Source of the DNA: a virus | Length of the DNA stretch: 64,000 nucleotides | Virus record (IMG/VR): IMGVR_UViG_3300035181_001055 | Coordinates: 62,754 to 126,753 of that record | Direction: 5' to 3' (one strand) | Shown here: positions 38,675 through 49,500 of the stretch, one piece after another | Position numbering within the stretch: the first letter of the stretch is position 1 | Layout of the letters: each line of letters starts with the position of its first letter | Translations under genes and position numbers: made by a program | Notes under the pieces: model-generated | What the model was told of the DNA's origin: nothing | What the model saw: only the letters and a program-made list of their open reading frames with translations | Databases searched by the model: none

Positions 38675-39736
38675 ATGGATCATGTAGATTACAAGTATAT
38701 GATGCTGGCCAGTCCTCGTCTTGAATTGTTCAAGGATGTTGGTAATGGTATTTATAACTTCAGATGTCCATTCTGCGGTGATAGCAAGAAGAATAAGAAT
38801 AAGGCTAGAGGATATTTCTTTCCTCTAGAAAATACAGTTGTTTTCAAATGTCATAATTGTGGCAAGAGCGTCGGGTTGTCTGGATTCTTGCAAGAAATTG
38901 ATCAAGGGCTATTCACACAATACAAATTAGAGAAATTCGGTAAGCCTTCGAAGAAAAGGGAAATTTCTTGCGAATTATCGACGCAGCGGCATAAAGAATT
39001 TGCCGCGAAAACAAAAGATCTTTTGAAAGAATGTTATAAATTGAGCAATGTTCCTGATGATCTTTTGCCTGTTTTAGAATATGCTAAAAGTCGACAAATT
39101 CCGCCTATTCTGTTCGATTATTTGTACGCTGCTAGAAGTTTGAATGACATTTCTAGACATATTGAACGTTACAAAGATAAGAAATTCCCTGATTCCGCTA
39201 CTCTCGTTATACCATTTTTCAAGCGAGATGGCAACTGTGGCTTCATTCAATGCAGAAGCATCGAATCTGATATTCCTAATAGATTGAGATTTGTGACTTT
39301 TGAGATTGATAAAAGCGCGCCTAAATTGTGGGGTGAGTTTCGCGTCAACTGGTCTCGACCCATCTATGTTCTGGAGGGTCCGATTGATGCCATGTTCATC
39401 ATTAATGGTGTTGCAATTGCAGGGGCAGCGCATAGTGGCACTCTAACTTATATCAAGGAACAGCAAATTGAGGCTAGAGGTTCTTTGTTTTTGCGCGATA
39501 TATGCTTGTGTTATGACAATGATTACCTAAGCAACCCAGATGTGATGAATCAATTGACAAGAAGAATTGATGAAGGGTTTAGCGTCGTTCTTTATGACAA
39601 AAAATTCAAATTCAAGGATATCAATGACGCAATCAAAGGAGGCTGGGGCATACAAGACATAAATACATATGTTCGAGAAAGAACATTCAATGGTCTAGCA
39701 GCCAAACTAGAACTAAGCAGATTGCGCAGAGGATGA
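38675..39736 (+). CDS. gp61: DNA primase
   Basis: RCPFCGDS...CHNC zinc finger, EGPIDAMF, DND and KDIND motifs. Confidence 0.95.
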   Translation: MDHVDYKYMMLASPRLELFKDVGNGIYNFRCPFCGDSKKNKNKARGYFFPLENTVVFKCHNCGKSVGLSGFLQEIDQGLFTQYKLEKFGKPSKKREISCELSTQRHKEFAAKTKDLLKECYKLSNVPDDLLPVLEYAKSRQIPPILFDYLYAARSLNDISRHIERYKDKKFPDSATLVIPFFKRDGNCGFIQCRSIESDIPNRLRFVTFEIDKSAPKLWGEFRVNWSRPIYVLEGPIDAMFIINGVAIAGAAHSGTLTYIKEQQIEARGSLFLRDICLCYDNDYLSNPDVMNQLTRRIDEGFSVVLYDKKFKFKDINDAIKGGWGIQDINTYVRERTFNGLAAKLELSRLRRG

Positions 39737-39737
39737 T

Positions 39738-41018
39738 GTGTCGGATACTGTAAAAGACATACAAGATAAAATAAAGAAGCTTGCGAATTACGAAAGCTCA
39801 GTCAGCAAAAAGAGCAATAAAGTAATTATCGTTGAAACATCAAAAGGCGAAGATCGTAAAGAAATTCTTCGTGAAATAATCGCTCCTTTGGTTGGCGGTG
39901 AATATGTGCAAGCCAATCGTCTAAAGAGCACTGCGAAATCCAGTAAGGGTGGTGTTGTTGTTGGCGACATCACAATTATTGCGAAAGAAGTTATTAATGG
40001 CAAGACAGTAAGCCAGATGGATGCGCGAACTTTCATAGTTGGCGCAAAGAAAACGAAAATTGATTATCATGGCGAAATGGTCGAATGCTATGTATTCAGC
40101 AATGCGTCAGATATTGAAAAGAGTATTATTGAAGGTTGCAAGAAAGACAGTCTATTAGGCGATAGTATAGCTGAGACATTTTCAGATTTCTTTGAAAACG
40201 GTACTTTCACATGGGGAGCTATAGAGCCTCCGACATTGCTGAATAAGTTAGGTGTATATGTCGGCGAATTGCTAAGTGGTTGGGTTCTTTTGAAAGGCGC
40301 TCAGAAGCAGCATATATCTGGCAGCGTTCCTTTCAGCACAGGAAAGGCTAAGTACTTTTATCTGCCTGATGATCCTAGTTTCAGTGGCGTCGATTCAATT
40401 GTTGATATGTCAGACGGAAATACGTATGCAATATCGAGTAAATTTGATAAAGGCGCTGCAGCCAGTCTATTTGCTAACGTCGTTCCAGGCGCAGTCAAAC
40501 GAATAAATTCTCTTAAAGACAATACACTGAAAGAGCTTGCAACGATTTGCAAGAAGGGGTCTATAAATCCAGAAAAAAATGCTAAGAAAATTGTTTACGA
40601 GTGGGGTGTTAACTATCTGTTAGGGATGAAAATAAAAGACCCTGAAAAGATCATTGACGTAATAAAGTCGGGAAAAACATCACCTGATCAATTGGCGGTG
40701 TGTGGAAAAGTCATGGATATTATGAAAAAAGAGAGTGACCCTCGTCTTGACAAGATGCCGTATAGTTTAAGCAGTTTCTTCAACAAGAAACTATCAGAAG
40801 CATTGACGGAGGATAGCAAAGATGATATTATTAATATAGTTAGCGCAAAGAGCTATTACCAATTTAACTTAGACAAAAAATCCTTCATGAAAGGCGAGCT
40901 AAAATTTAGCTGCGTTAAAGCTGGTGATACTAATATTATCATAAAAGGCGATAAAGCTGGTCGAGATGATATTTCTTGCAAGCAAGGCTGGATTAATTAT
41001 GAGATTGTTAGAAAATAA
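39738..41018 (+). CDS. Hypothetical protein, possible PD-(D/E)xK nuclease fold
   Basis: GE...VDS...ISSK pattern. Confidence 0.45.
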   Translation: MSDTVKDIQDKIKKLANYESSVSKKSNKVIIVETSKGEDRKEILREIIAPLVGGEYVQANRLKSTAKSSKGGVVVGDITIIAKEVINGKTVSQMDARTFIVGAKKTKIDYHGEMVECYVFSNASDIEKSIIEGCKKDSLLGDSIAETFSDFFENGTFTWGAIEPPTLLNKLGVYVGELLSGWVLLKGAQKQHISGSVPFSTGKAKYFYLPDDPSFSGVDSIVDMSDGNTYAISSKFDKGAAASLFANVVPGAVKRINSLKDNTLKELATICKKGSINPEKNAKKIVYEWGVNYLLGMKIKDPEKIIDVIKSGKTSPDQLAVCGKVMDIMKKESDPRLDKMPYSLSSFFNKKLSEALTEDSKDDIINIVSAKSYYQFNLDKKSFMKGELKFSCVKAGDTNIIIKGDKAGRDDISCKQGWINYEIVRK

Positions 41019-41063
41019 TGACGATTAGAAGGGATTGTTTCTCATTCAAACGGAAGCTATTCA

Positions 41064-41861
41064 ATGACAAGAAAACAAAATAAGACAAGACCCCAAAACC
41101 CCAATCAATCGAATGATAATATCTCAAAAATTAGGCATTTCAAACCTCTAACAGAAAATCAAAGAATAGCATACGATGAATTTAGAAATGGCAAGAATCT
41201 AGTATTATACGGATACCCAGGAACTGGAAAGACTTATATTGCTTGCTCTTTTGCATTAGAATCTCTTGAATCAAAAGAAATAAAACAAATTCGAATCATA
41301 AGAAGTTCAGTTTCTAGTCGAGACATCGGATTTCTTCCTGGCACTGAAGCCGAAAAGATGGCTGTATATGAAAAGCCTTATGAGGCGATTTTCAATTCGA
41401 TTGTAGGTAGAGGTGACGCATATGATATAATGAAGAAAAGGCATACAATTGTTTTTGAAAGCTCGAGTTTCCATCGAGGCATGACTTACGATGACACATT
41501 TTTGCTCGTCGACGAGTTCCAGAACATGAGCTTCGAGGAACTGAACACCATCATAACCCGCGTGGGGGAGAACACGCGTGTTATGTTCTGCGGCGACATC
41601 CGCCAGTGCGACCTTGGGTGGCAGGAGAGCGGGTTCGGCACCATGAAAAAAGTCTTGACAAAATTGCCGAAGTACTTTACAATGGTTAGTATGGAAGTTG
41701 AAGACATCGTGCGGTCTGACCTAGTCAGAGATTACATCATTGCAGTTGAAAGGATGAAAGATGAAAAATTTGTTCCAAAAGACGCTAAAAGCATCGGGGT
41801 TGACCATCGCGCTATTACTCGCCTCTTATCCGCTGAGCCAAGCGAACGCGCAGCAGCTTAG
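41064..41861 (+). CDS. phoH: PhoH-family ATPase
   Basis: GYPGTGKT, IGFLPG, RGMTYD, DEFQN and GDIRQCD motifs. Confidence 0.95.
   Translation: MTRKQNKTRPQNPNQSNDNISKIRHFKPLTENQRIAYDEFRNGKNLVLYGYPGTGKTYIACSFALESLESKEIKQIRIIRSSVSSRDIGFLPGTEAEKMAVYEKPYEAIFNSIVGRGDAYDIMKKRHTIVFESSSFHRGMTYDDTFLLVDEFQNMSFEELNTIITRVGENTRVMFCGDIRQCDLGWQESGFGTMKKVLTKLPKYFTMVSMEVEDIVRSDLVRDYIIAVERMKDEKFVPKDAKSIGVDHRAITRLLSAEPSERAAA
41655..41683 (+). promoter_or_regulatory. sigma70 promoter inside phoH
   Basis: TTGACA-17 nt-TACAAT. Confidence 0.75.
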
Positions 41862-42117
41862 TGTCGGCGTGTGGGGTCGACACGGAGCGATCAGTTTTTC
41901 GAGCTCATATCCTGTGTCTGTCAATGTTGTTACTCCTGTTGTAACAGCACAACCTGTTTACGTTCAACCCCAGCCCGTTTACGTTGAGAGTGTGCAAATT
42001 CAGCCGTCAACGGTATATGTTGAGCAGCCAGTAATGCCCGATGGCTACTACGTTACTGGCCATGCTTGCCATGCCAATATTGTATGCTTCAACGGCGCCT
42101 GCTACAGGTGCAATTAA
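41761..42117 (+). CDS. Putative exported small protein with P-V-Y-V repeats
   Basis: Signal-peptide-like N-terminus; overlaps the phoH 3' end by 101 nt; downstream of the 41655 promoter. Confidence 0.6.
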   Translation: MKNLFQKTLKASGLTIALLLASYPLSQANAQQLSVGVWGRHGAISFSSSYPVSVNVVTPVVTAQPVYVQPQPVYVESVQIQPSTVYVEQPVMPDGYYVTGHACHANIVCFNGACYRCN

Positions 42118-42151
42118 CTTAAAACGTCAACTTAATAAGGAGAACGCAGTA

Positions 42152-42337
42152 ATGTCAAAGCGTCACGATGAGTATGATGAGGATCAAGTCGACACTCGTT
42201 ATATCAGAAATCGTGAAAAACGAAATCGAAATGAATACAAATTCAAAAACATAGATCCTCGCCAATTGTTAGAAGATGAATTCTATGATGACGACGATAT
42301 GTATGCTGGATTTGAACGTTTTCATGGTAAAAAGTAA
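42152..42337 (+). CDS. Small charged hypothetical protein
   Basis: AAGGAG RBS; abuts rnh. Confidence 0.65.
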   Translation: MSKRHDEYDEDQVDTRYIRNREKRNRNEYKFKNIDPRQLLEDEFYDDDDMYAGFERFHGKK

Positions 42338-43198
42338 ATGATTTTATTCGATTTTTCACAAATTGTAATTGGTGCGGCGATCGAGTACCATTCTCAAACT
42401 AAAGATACTATTGATACTCCTTTGCTGCGCCATATAGCCCTCAATAATATACTCAATCTCAAAGACAAATTGGCAAGCTATTCAGATGAAGTTGTCCTTT
42501 GTCTTGACGGTCGAAAGTATTGGAGAAAGAGTGTATTCCCGTTATACAAACAAAATCGGAAGAAAGAACAATCTAAGAGCAAATTTGATTGGGATACATT
42601 TCATATTTCATTCAACGAGATCAAAAAGGAATTTTCCGAGAACTTGCCTTATAAAGTTGTAGAGGTTGAGGGCGCAGAAGCCGACGATGTCATAACGGTT
42701 CTGTGCACAATCTTCGGAAATCAACGAGATGTTGTTATTGTGAGCTCTGATAAGGATTTTTTGCAGATCCCGATTAACATTGCATCTCGGGTTAAGCAAT
42801 ATTCTCCGTACCATAGAAAATTCCTGGATGCGAAACACATCTCATACAGTCTTTTTGAGCATGTTGTGAAAGGCGACCCTGGTGATGGCATACCGAATAT
42901 TTTCAGCGATGATGACGTTTTTCTATGCGAGGAAAAAAGAAGCAAGCCCATTCGTTCGAAAAGCATTGAAGAATGGAGCAAATACGGGCTTGATAACCCT
43001 GAAGGGTTTTGTACTAGTTTAGAAGAGCTCGAGAAATTTAGGCGAAATAGAATTCTCATTGACTTGAGGATGATACCTAAAGAAGTGGTTGATTCTATTT
43101 CTTCTGCATATCATTCAGCGAAAACAAACGGAGATAACACATTCAATTACCTAGTCAAGAACAAAATGAAAAAGATTCTTGAACGCGGGGGATTCTGA
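42338..43198 (+). CDS. rnh: T4-type RNase H (5'-3' flap exonuclease)
   Basis: WRK..FP.YK, EADD, SSDKDF and KGDPGDGIPN motifs. Confidence 0.94.
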   Translation: MILFDFSQIVIGAAIEYHSQTKDTIDTPLLRHIALNNILNLKDKLASYSDEVVLCLDGRKYWRKSVFPLYKQNRKKEQSKSKFDWDTFHISFNEIKKEFSENLPYKVVEVEGAEADDVITVLCTIFGNQRDVVIVSSDKDFLQIPINIASRVKQYSPYHRKFLDAKHISYSLFEHVVKGDPGDGIPNIFSDDDVFLCEEKRSKPIRSKSIEEWSKYGLDNPEGFCTSLEELEKFRRNRILIDLRMIPKEVVDSISSAYHSAKTNGDNTFNYLVKNKMKKILERGGF

Positions 43199-43201
43199 TA
43201 G

Positions 43202-43468
<267 letters not shown>

Positions 43469-43484
43469 TGTGATAAATATATCT

Positions 43485-44180
43485 ATGTACGAGTCTCGGT
43501 TAAAAGAATTCGAGACTCGAGCAAAAATGGTTAGTGACAGAATTGAAACTGGAGTTGGCCGTATATACACAACTCCTAGCGGCAAAGAGTATGTTTCAGT
43601 TACTACCGTATTGTCTGCTGTTTCTGATAAGTCTTGGTTAGAAGAATGGAGAAAAGCAGTAGGCGCAGCCGTAGCCGATAAGATCACTCGTGATGCTGCT
43701 GCTAGAGGAACTAGCATGCACGATATAATTGAGCGTCATTTCCTAGGCAAACTAAGGGAAGAAGATCGCGGTACGAGTGGTTGGAATCTGTATAGGTCAC
43801 TACTGATCTATCTAAAAAAGGTTACACCCCTCTCATTGGAGCTACCTCTATGGTCCGATCGTTTGCGAATAGCAGGGCGAGCGGATTGTATTGGCATCTA
43901 TGAAGGAAGGGTGAGCGTGATCGACTTCAAATCAAGTCGTCGAGAAAAACGAGCAGAGAATATCAATGATTATTTTCTGCAATGCACTCTTTACGCGTTA
44001 ATGTTATATGAATTGCTTGACATTGAATGCAAACAAATTGTCGTGTTGATTGGCTCCGATGAAGGGTTTCCTCAAGTATTCAAAAGGGAGACTCGAAATT
44101 ATGTTGAAGAAGCTATTAGTGTTGTTAAGCGTTATTATGATATTTACAGCAATTCCTGCAATTCCTGCATTTCCAGCTAA
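43485..44180 (+). CDS. PD-(D/E)xK exonuclease
   Basis: YVSVTTVL, RGTSMH, AGRADC, IDFKSS and YFLQ..LY motifs. Confidence 0.88.
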   Translation: MYESRLKEFETRAKMVSDRIETGVGRIYTTPSGKEYVSVTTVLSAVSDKSWLEEWRKAVGAAVADKITRDAAARGTSMHDIIERHFLGKLREEDRGTSGWNLYRSLLIYLKKVTPLSLELPLWSDRLRIAGRADCIGIYEGRVSVIDFKSSRREKRAENINDYFLQCTLYALMLYELLDIECKQIVVLIGSDEGFPQVFKRETRNYVEEAISVVKRYYDIYSNSCNSCISS

Positions 44181-44583
44181 AGTAAACGATAAGGAAAAAG
44201 AAATCGATTGTTTGGCTAGAGCTATCTACTATGAAGCTCGTGGCGAATCAGAAATAGGCAAGAAGGCTGTTGCTATGGTCACTATAAACAGAGCGAACAG
44301 CTCGAAATTCCCCGACTCAATTTGCAGAGTTGTCTATGAGAAAGGACAGTATTCATGGACACGAGGCAAAGCCCCGAGAATCAAAGATTTTTCTTCATAC
44401 TATGAAATTCGCGGCATAGCTGAAAATATGTATAATTCGTACTATATTGGACGAATTGTTCCTAGAAATTTGAAGAAACTCAAGAATGCTCTTTACTTTA
44501 GCGCATATGGGTTTAACAACAAGAATCTCAAATTCGTTACAAAAATAGGTGGTCATAGATTCTATACCTTGAAGGAGGCTTAA
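44101..44583 (+). CDS. SleB-like cell-wall hydrolase with N-terminal signal/anchor
   Basis: CLARAIYYEARGE, V..NR, QYSW and IGGHRFY motifs; GGGAG RBS. Confidence 0.88.
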   Translation: MLKKLLVLLSVIMIFTAIPAIPAFPAKVNDKEKEIDCLARAIYYEARGESEIGKKAVAMVTINRANSSKFPDSICRVVYEKGQYSWTRGKAPRIKDFSSYYEIRGIAENMYNSYYIGRIVPRNLKKLKNALYFSAYGFNNKNLKFVTKIGGHRFYTLKEA

Positions 44584-44810
44584 TGAGTTATAGTGAGAAA
44601 GTGTTTTTGCGAATCAGAGAAATATCTCGCGAACAAGATATTGATATAGTTGAAGCTACTTCAGTATTTTGCGAAGAGCAGGATATGGATGCTCTAGATT
44701 TCGTTAAAATGGTTGACAAAAATTTGTTGGAACAACTAAAATGTGTTGCGATTGAGAACCGAAAAGTGAGACAATTAACAGCGAAAAGAGTTAATAAATT
44801 GCCTATTTGA
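44583..44810 (+). CDS. gp33: Late transcription co-activator
   Basis: Size, ends KLPI, lies upstream of gp59-gp32. Confidence 0.75.
   Translation: MSYSEKVFLRIREISREQDIDIVEATSVFCEEQDMDALDFVKMVDKNLLEQLKCVAIENRKVRQLTAKRVNKLPI
44713..44742 (+). promoter_or_regulatory. Possible sigma70 promoter for gp59-gp32
   Basis: TTGACA-18 nt-TAAAAT. Confidence 0.5.
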
Positions 44811-44816
44811 AATTAT

Positions 44817-45419
44817 ATGGTTGGTAATGGCTTCAAGGTATTCAAAGAATACGTGGGGTTGAAAGTTCATTTCAATAATTGGCGTTTCTATTGGAATTCA
44901 AATTATGATTACAAATTGAGTGAATCGGCATTCTTAAAACGCAACGACAAGTATCATTTCGAGAGGTTGTATAAGATACTTCCGAAGAGGAAAGAAAGAA
45001 TAGAGTTCTTCATTAGCTGTTTCCTGAGAAACAAGCGAATATGGATCGGAGATATGTTCGATGAGAGTTTGATGGACGATCATAGAAGTAGAATGATGAA
45101 AAGAGGTGCGCTGATCTATACATTTCGAAATGATGCTGAAAACATTTTAGACTTCATGACGGATAACAAAATTTCTTTCAAGAAAATTTTGTTGACAGAC
45201 GATCAGAAACCTCTTATAATGAAAGTTCGTCATCAAATGAATGGTGGCGTAAGCGATGAGACTCTTGCTTTATTCGATAAATTTTTCGGTTTCACGAAAC
45301 AAGTGACACCTGACCCGTTATGGGAAGAGGAGCGATTGCGTCTCCATAAATACAATCACTTGCTCGAAATCGAAAGAATAGATCAAGTAAAGCCGATTCT
45401 CAAAAATCTCGTAGCCTAA
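44817..45419 (+). CDS. gp59: Helicase loader
   Basis: Y..LKVHF, FLKRNDKYHF, WIGD and SDETL motifs. Confidence 0.85.
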   Translation: MVGNGFKVFKEYVGLKVHFNNWRFYWNSNYDYKLSESAFLKRNDKYHFERLYKILPKRKERIEFFISCFLRNKRIWIGDMFDESLMDDHRSRMMKRGALIYTFRNDAENILDFMTDNKISFKKILLTDDQKPLIMKVRHQMNGGVSDETLALFDKFFGFTKQVTPDPLWEEERLRLHKYNHLLEIERIDQVKPILKNLVA

Positions 45420-45463
45420 CCTAGCGTAAGTGCGCACGGGCATTAAATTTAGAAAGGAACTAT

Positions 45464-46366
45464 ATGAGCTTTGCATCTTTGAAAAAATCTAGCAAAAACA
45501 GCTTTGCTGCTCTCGCTGAAAAAATGAAAAACGAAAAGAGCGGCGGGAGCAATTCCAATGAGGGCTTTTGGCAACCAGAAGTCGACAAAGCTGGAAACGG
45601 ATATGCCATTATTCGTTTTCTTCCAGCGCCTGACGGTGAAGATATGCCTTACGTTAAGCTATACAATCATGGCTTCAAAGTAGGAACTCGTTGGTATATT
45701 GAAAACTGCCCAACAACAATAGGCGGTAAATGTCCAGTATGTGAGGCTAATACTGAGCTGTGGGAAACTGGAATCCAGTCAAATCAAGATATTGTTCGAA
45801 AACGCAAACGCCTACTAGGTTACATTTCAAACATCCTAGTGATTTCTGATCCTAAGCATCCCGAGAACGAAGGAAAGGTATTTTTGTTCCGTTATGGGCA
45901 AAAGATTTTCTCAAAAATCATGGGAGCCATTCAACCTGAATTTGAAGATGAGCCGACATTTAACCCGTTTGACTTCTGGGAAGGCGCGAACTTCAAATTG
46001 AAGATTCGGAATTCTGAAGGCTATAGGAATTACGATAAGAGCGAATTCGAAGCACAGTCGGTTCTTTTTGATGGTGATGATGCTGCGCTCGAAGCGCTAT
46101 GGAAGACTGAAAAGTCTCTGAAATCGCTTATTGCTGAATCGCAATTCAAGCCTTATGAAGAGCTCAAGAAGAAATTCGAATCTGTTATTGGCGCATCGAC
46201 GTCTGGTCAATTAAATAATTCGTCTCAATCGCGCGCAGTCAGCGATGATGTTGATGAGGATCCCCCATTCGACGCTGATCCGCCGAAGCTTCCGAGTAAA
46301 CCTACACTAAGTGCATCCGATGACGATGATTTGGCGATGTATGCGAAATTGCTAGAAGGAGAATAA
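45464..46366 (+). CDS. gp32: Single-stranded DNA-binding protein
   Basis: GNGYAIIRFLP, WYIENCPTT, PFDFWEGANFKLK, NYDKSEF and acidic tail. Confidence 0.97.
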   Translation: MSFASLKKSSKNSFAALAEKMKNEKSGGSNSNEGFWQPEVDKAGNGYAIIRFLPAPDGEDMPYVKLYNHGFKVGTRWYIENCPTTIGGKCPVCEANTELWETGIQSNQDIVRKRKRLLGYISNILVISDPKHPENEGKVFLFRYGQKIFSKIMGAIQPEFEDEPTFNPFDFWEGANFKLKIRNSEGYRNYDKSEFEAQSVLFDGDDAALEALWKTEKSLKSLIAESQFKPYEELKKKFESVIGASTSGQLNNSSQSRAVSDDVDEDPPFDADPPKLPSKPTLSASDDDDLAMYAKLLEGE

Positions 46367-46375
46367 TCCTCAATG

Positions 46376-46400
46376 AAGGGGTCTCATGACCCCTTTTTTT
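46376..46400 (+). terminator. Intrinsic terminator
   Basis: AAGGGGTC-TCAT-GACCCCTT followed by a T-run. Confidence 0.88.
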
Positions 46401-46404
46401 GGTA

Positions 46405-46412
46405 TATAAATA
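46405..46412 (+). promoter_or_regulatory. T4-type late promoter TATAAATA
   Basis: Exact consensus. Confidence 0.85.
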
Positions 46413-46416
46413 TGTA

Positions 46417-46545
46417 ATGTCTGGTTTGGGAACCAAGTCGGACGTTAAACAAAAACCGAAGGAGGCGCTGGCGTTAGCTGGGTCGATGAGTTCGGAAGAT
46501 GCACGTGATTGTGCGTCAGTTCAAACTAATGGGGCGTATTCATGA
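46417..46545 (+). CDS. Possible 42-aa ORF coupled (ATGA) to the large ART gene
   Basis: Hand-translated MSGLGTKSDVKQ...NGAYS; fills the leader exactly. Confidence 0.4.
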   Translation: MSGLGTKSDVKQKPKEALALAGSMSSEDARDCASVQTNGAYS

Positions 46546-49500
46546 GATTTGAAGACTTTATTAAGCATTTACAAGAAAATAGTCTCTACACCGACGCTAA
46601 TAGTAAGAGCGCTCTTTCATCTGATAAAGAGCGTCTAATGGACAGTCTTATGTTTAACTTTTTTGGATTCCTGGGACTGTATAGACTTAGCGATTCGAGG
46701 AGTTTTTTGAAAACATATGATTCAACTGAAGGCAAGTTGATGGTCAACGAAATTGGCGACAAAAATCACGATGTTAGCCTTTCAGTTAAAATGGCGCATG
46801 ATGCTGGGCTTATTAACACTGCGGTCGTTAATAAAATGACTCGTTTGCTTGCTTTAATAAAACAAAAGCGTCTTAGAGGCAAGGACTTGGATGAAAATCA
46901 AATTCGCGCTCTATTAGATGAAATTCATTATGCTTCGCATAAACCGAGTGTAAGGGTTTTTCTGGCAGTTCAAGCCTTTCATAACGGTGTTCTTGATTTG
47001 CCTAATTTGGCGAAAGAGCTATATAAACTAGCTAAGTTGCGTGAATATAAAGGGATTACTGGCGAGTTTCGAGAGTTGGTGATGAAGGGTCAATACAATG
47101 ATTTCTTCTCGAAATTGAAGCCGCCAGCTCAAACGACTGGTATCCCTATTACATTGCCGCCGAGCAACAACACGTCAAATTCTAGCGTTGATAAAATTCC
47201 AGCGGACAATGCTTTGCCTCAGAAAACTGCCGCCAATTCGGTTAAAACAACTCCAAAGAGCAAGGCGTTGGATGATGTTGCTGCCAAGAAAGCTGTTGTC
47301 AAATTGGGGCAGACTAATGAGTTCATGGAAGCCATTTTCAATGCAACTAATCAAAAACAATTTGATGATGCCTTTGAGACTTATGGGGTTGACGAAAAGA
47401 ATTTTGATTTCTCGAAATTCAAAAATTGGTTAATTTCTTCGAAGAAATCCAAGCGGCCTAATGTCAGTATCATGAGCTGGCCTCTCTTCAATTGGCTTGA
47501 TAGCAGCTTAGCTACTAAAAATATAGAGGCTAGAAAATCTATCAATCTTGTAACTCTTAATTATTTCCGCAGTTTTGCAGAATTAGGCGAAATCAACGAA
47601 TTTATCAAAGATATAGAAAAGATTGATTTTTCTAAGATTAAGAAGTTTTTTGATTCATCTTTATCAAGAGATTATGATGATATAGTTTCAAAATTAATGG
47701 AACTATTCGTGAAGAATGTTATTTCTCGAGTGACCGATTTTTCAGATTCAACGTTTAATAAAATTGAGAGCATTTATGATTCAATAAAGAAATTTGCTGA
47801 AACTGTCGGAGCTTTTCAAGCTACCGTAATTCAAAATGTTAATTTGTACAAAGAGTTTAATGGCACCAGTGCAATTTTACTTGCTCTCGATGCGTTGCCA
47901 GACAGCGCTATTAATATCGCATTTTCAGGCAAACTATCCAAATGGTTTGAGAAAGCATTTGGCAGCGATTGTTTAATTGATAGCAAATCGTCGCTTTTTC
48001 TAATTAAGAAACCCAATTATGACAAAGCATCTTCTGAAATGCAGAAAGCGTTTCAACTTCTTGTTCGCAAAAAGATTAATGGCGCTGGGGTTGTTGACAC
48101 TCAGAATGAGATTGGTAAAATTTGGCTCAATCATTGGTCTATTAAGTTGGTAGCAACGCCAGCATCTAATATTGTTCGCTCGATAAACAATTTCAAAGAA
48201 ATTGATGTGACAAAGTTAACAGAAAAAGATATTGATTATGCTTATAACGAACTTGCTGTTAACAGTAATGTTGATTCCATCGCAAAAGTATTCGAGTTAA
48301 CTGACACTAGTAAATTGAATACTACTGGGAATGCATATTACAGCAATGCAATGAAAGTTATTGAAAAATTAGTTAAGAACGACAAGATTGCTGATTCTTT
48401 GATTCTCATCATATACGCGTCTAAGAGAAAATCTGAATTTGATGCATTTACAAAGCTTTTGGAAAATAGTAGTATTCTATCCACTGTTCAGAAATCTTTC
48501 ACCGAATTCCTTGACAGTACACCAAGGTGTTACCCTAGCCTTGAACTGTTAAAAGAATTGAGTAAATGGTACGTTAGTTTAGTGAAAAGAGGCAAAGTTA
48601 AGTTAAGCAAAAGTCTTGCTTATTTTTTCTATTCAAAATACAAGGATATTGATTACGTTCTTCCGTCTGACCAAGCTTCAATAGAAGAACTGTTTAATGA
48701 GAAAAAGTCTTATTTTTATATGCAAGAATATCTTCGCTGGATAGTGTCAAAAAACGAAATCCTTAGAAATAAGATAATCGAATTTAATGAGAAGACTCTT
48801 GACTTGTCATATTATAATGGAACACTTATTGACGGGTTCAAGATAACATATCCTGTGAAATTTTTGTCTGATGAGTATATTACAGACGGAATAATTAGAA
48901 ATTTCAAGAGATTGTGGCTTGAAATAGGATCCCTTGAAACTATAAAGCGTTATGAATTTAGCAAGAAGCTAACAGACGCGTATAATGAGACTATTGCAAA
49001 AGGATTAGAAGACCCTAATCACGTAGCTTTCTTATTCAAAGCTCTTTCCACTAGCTCGCCTGAAAAATTCAATGAGTATTTCGGAAAGATGGATGTGCAA
49101 AAAATACAAGAAATTTTGGATGACAGTAGAACAAAAGAGAGAGATGTTGCTAAATTTTTAGAAATGATTTCTAATAATAAAGATTTTGCTAAGAAACTTT
49201 CTACAAGTTCTATTTCGAACTTTTTTCAAGCTATAGGACAAGAGTTTTCTAAGAATAAGAATAAATACAGTAAAGCAATTCGAGATAGTATGAATGAAAG
49301 TTTATGTAATTATCTTCTCGAAATGAATGGAGTTGGGCGTGAATCTGACGTAGAAACCATTTATGCTGCATTGATACGCGACAGAAATTACAAGAAAGAT
49401 TTGATCAAGTATTTCAGCAATCATGTTTTCCTGAAAGATGCTTCGAAAGTAATGTTCGACGATAAGAATCCAATTAAACCATATATGGAGTTGGATAGCA

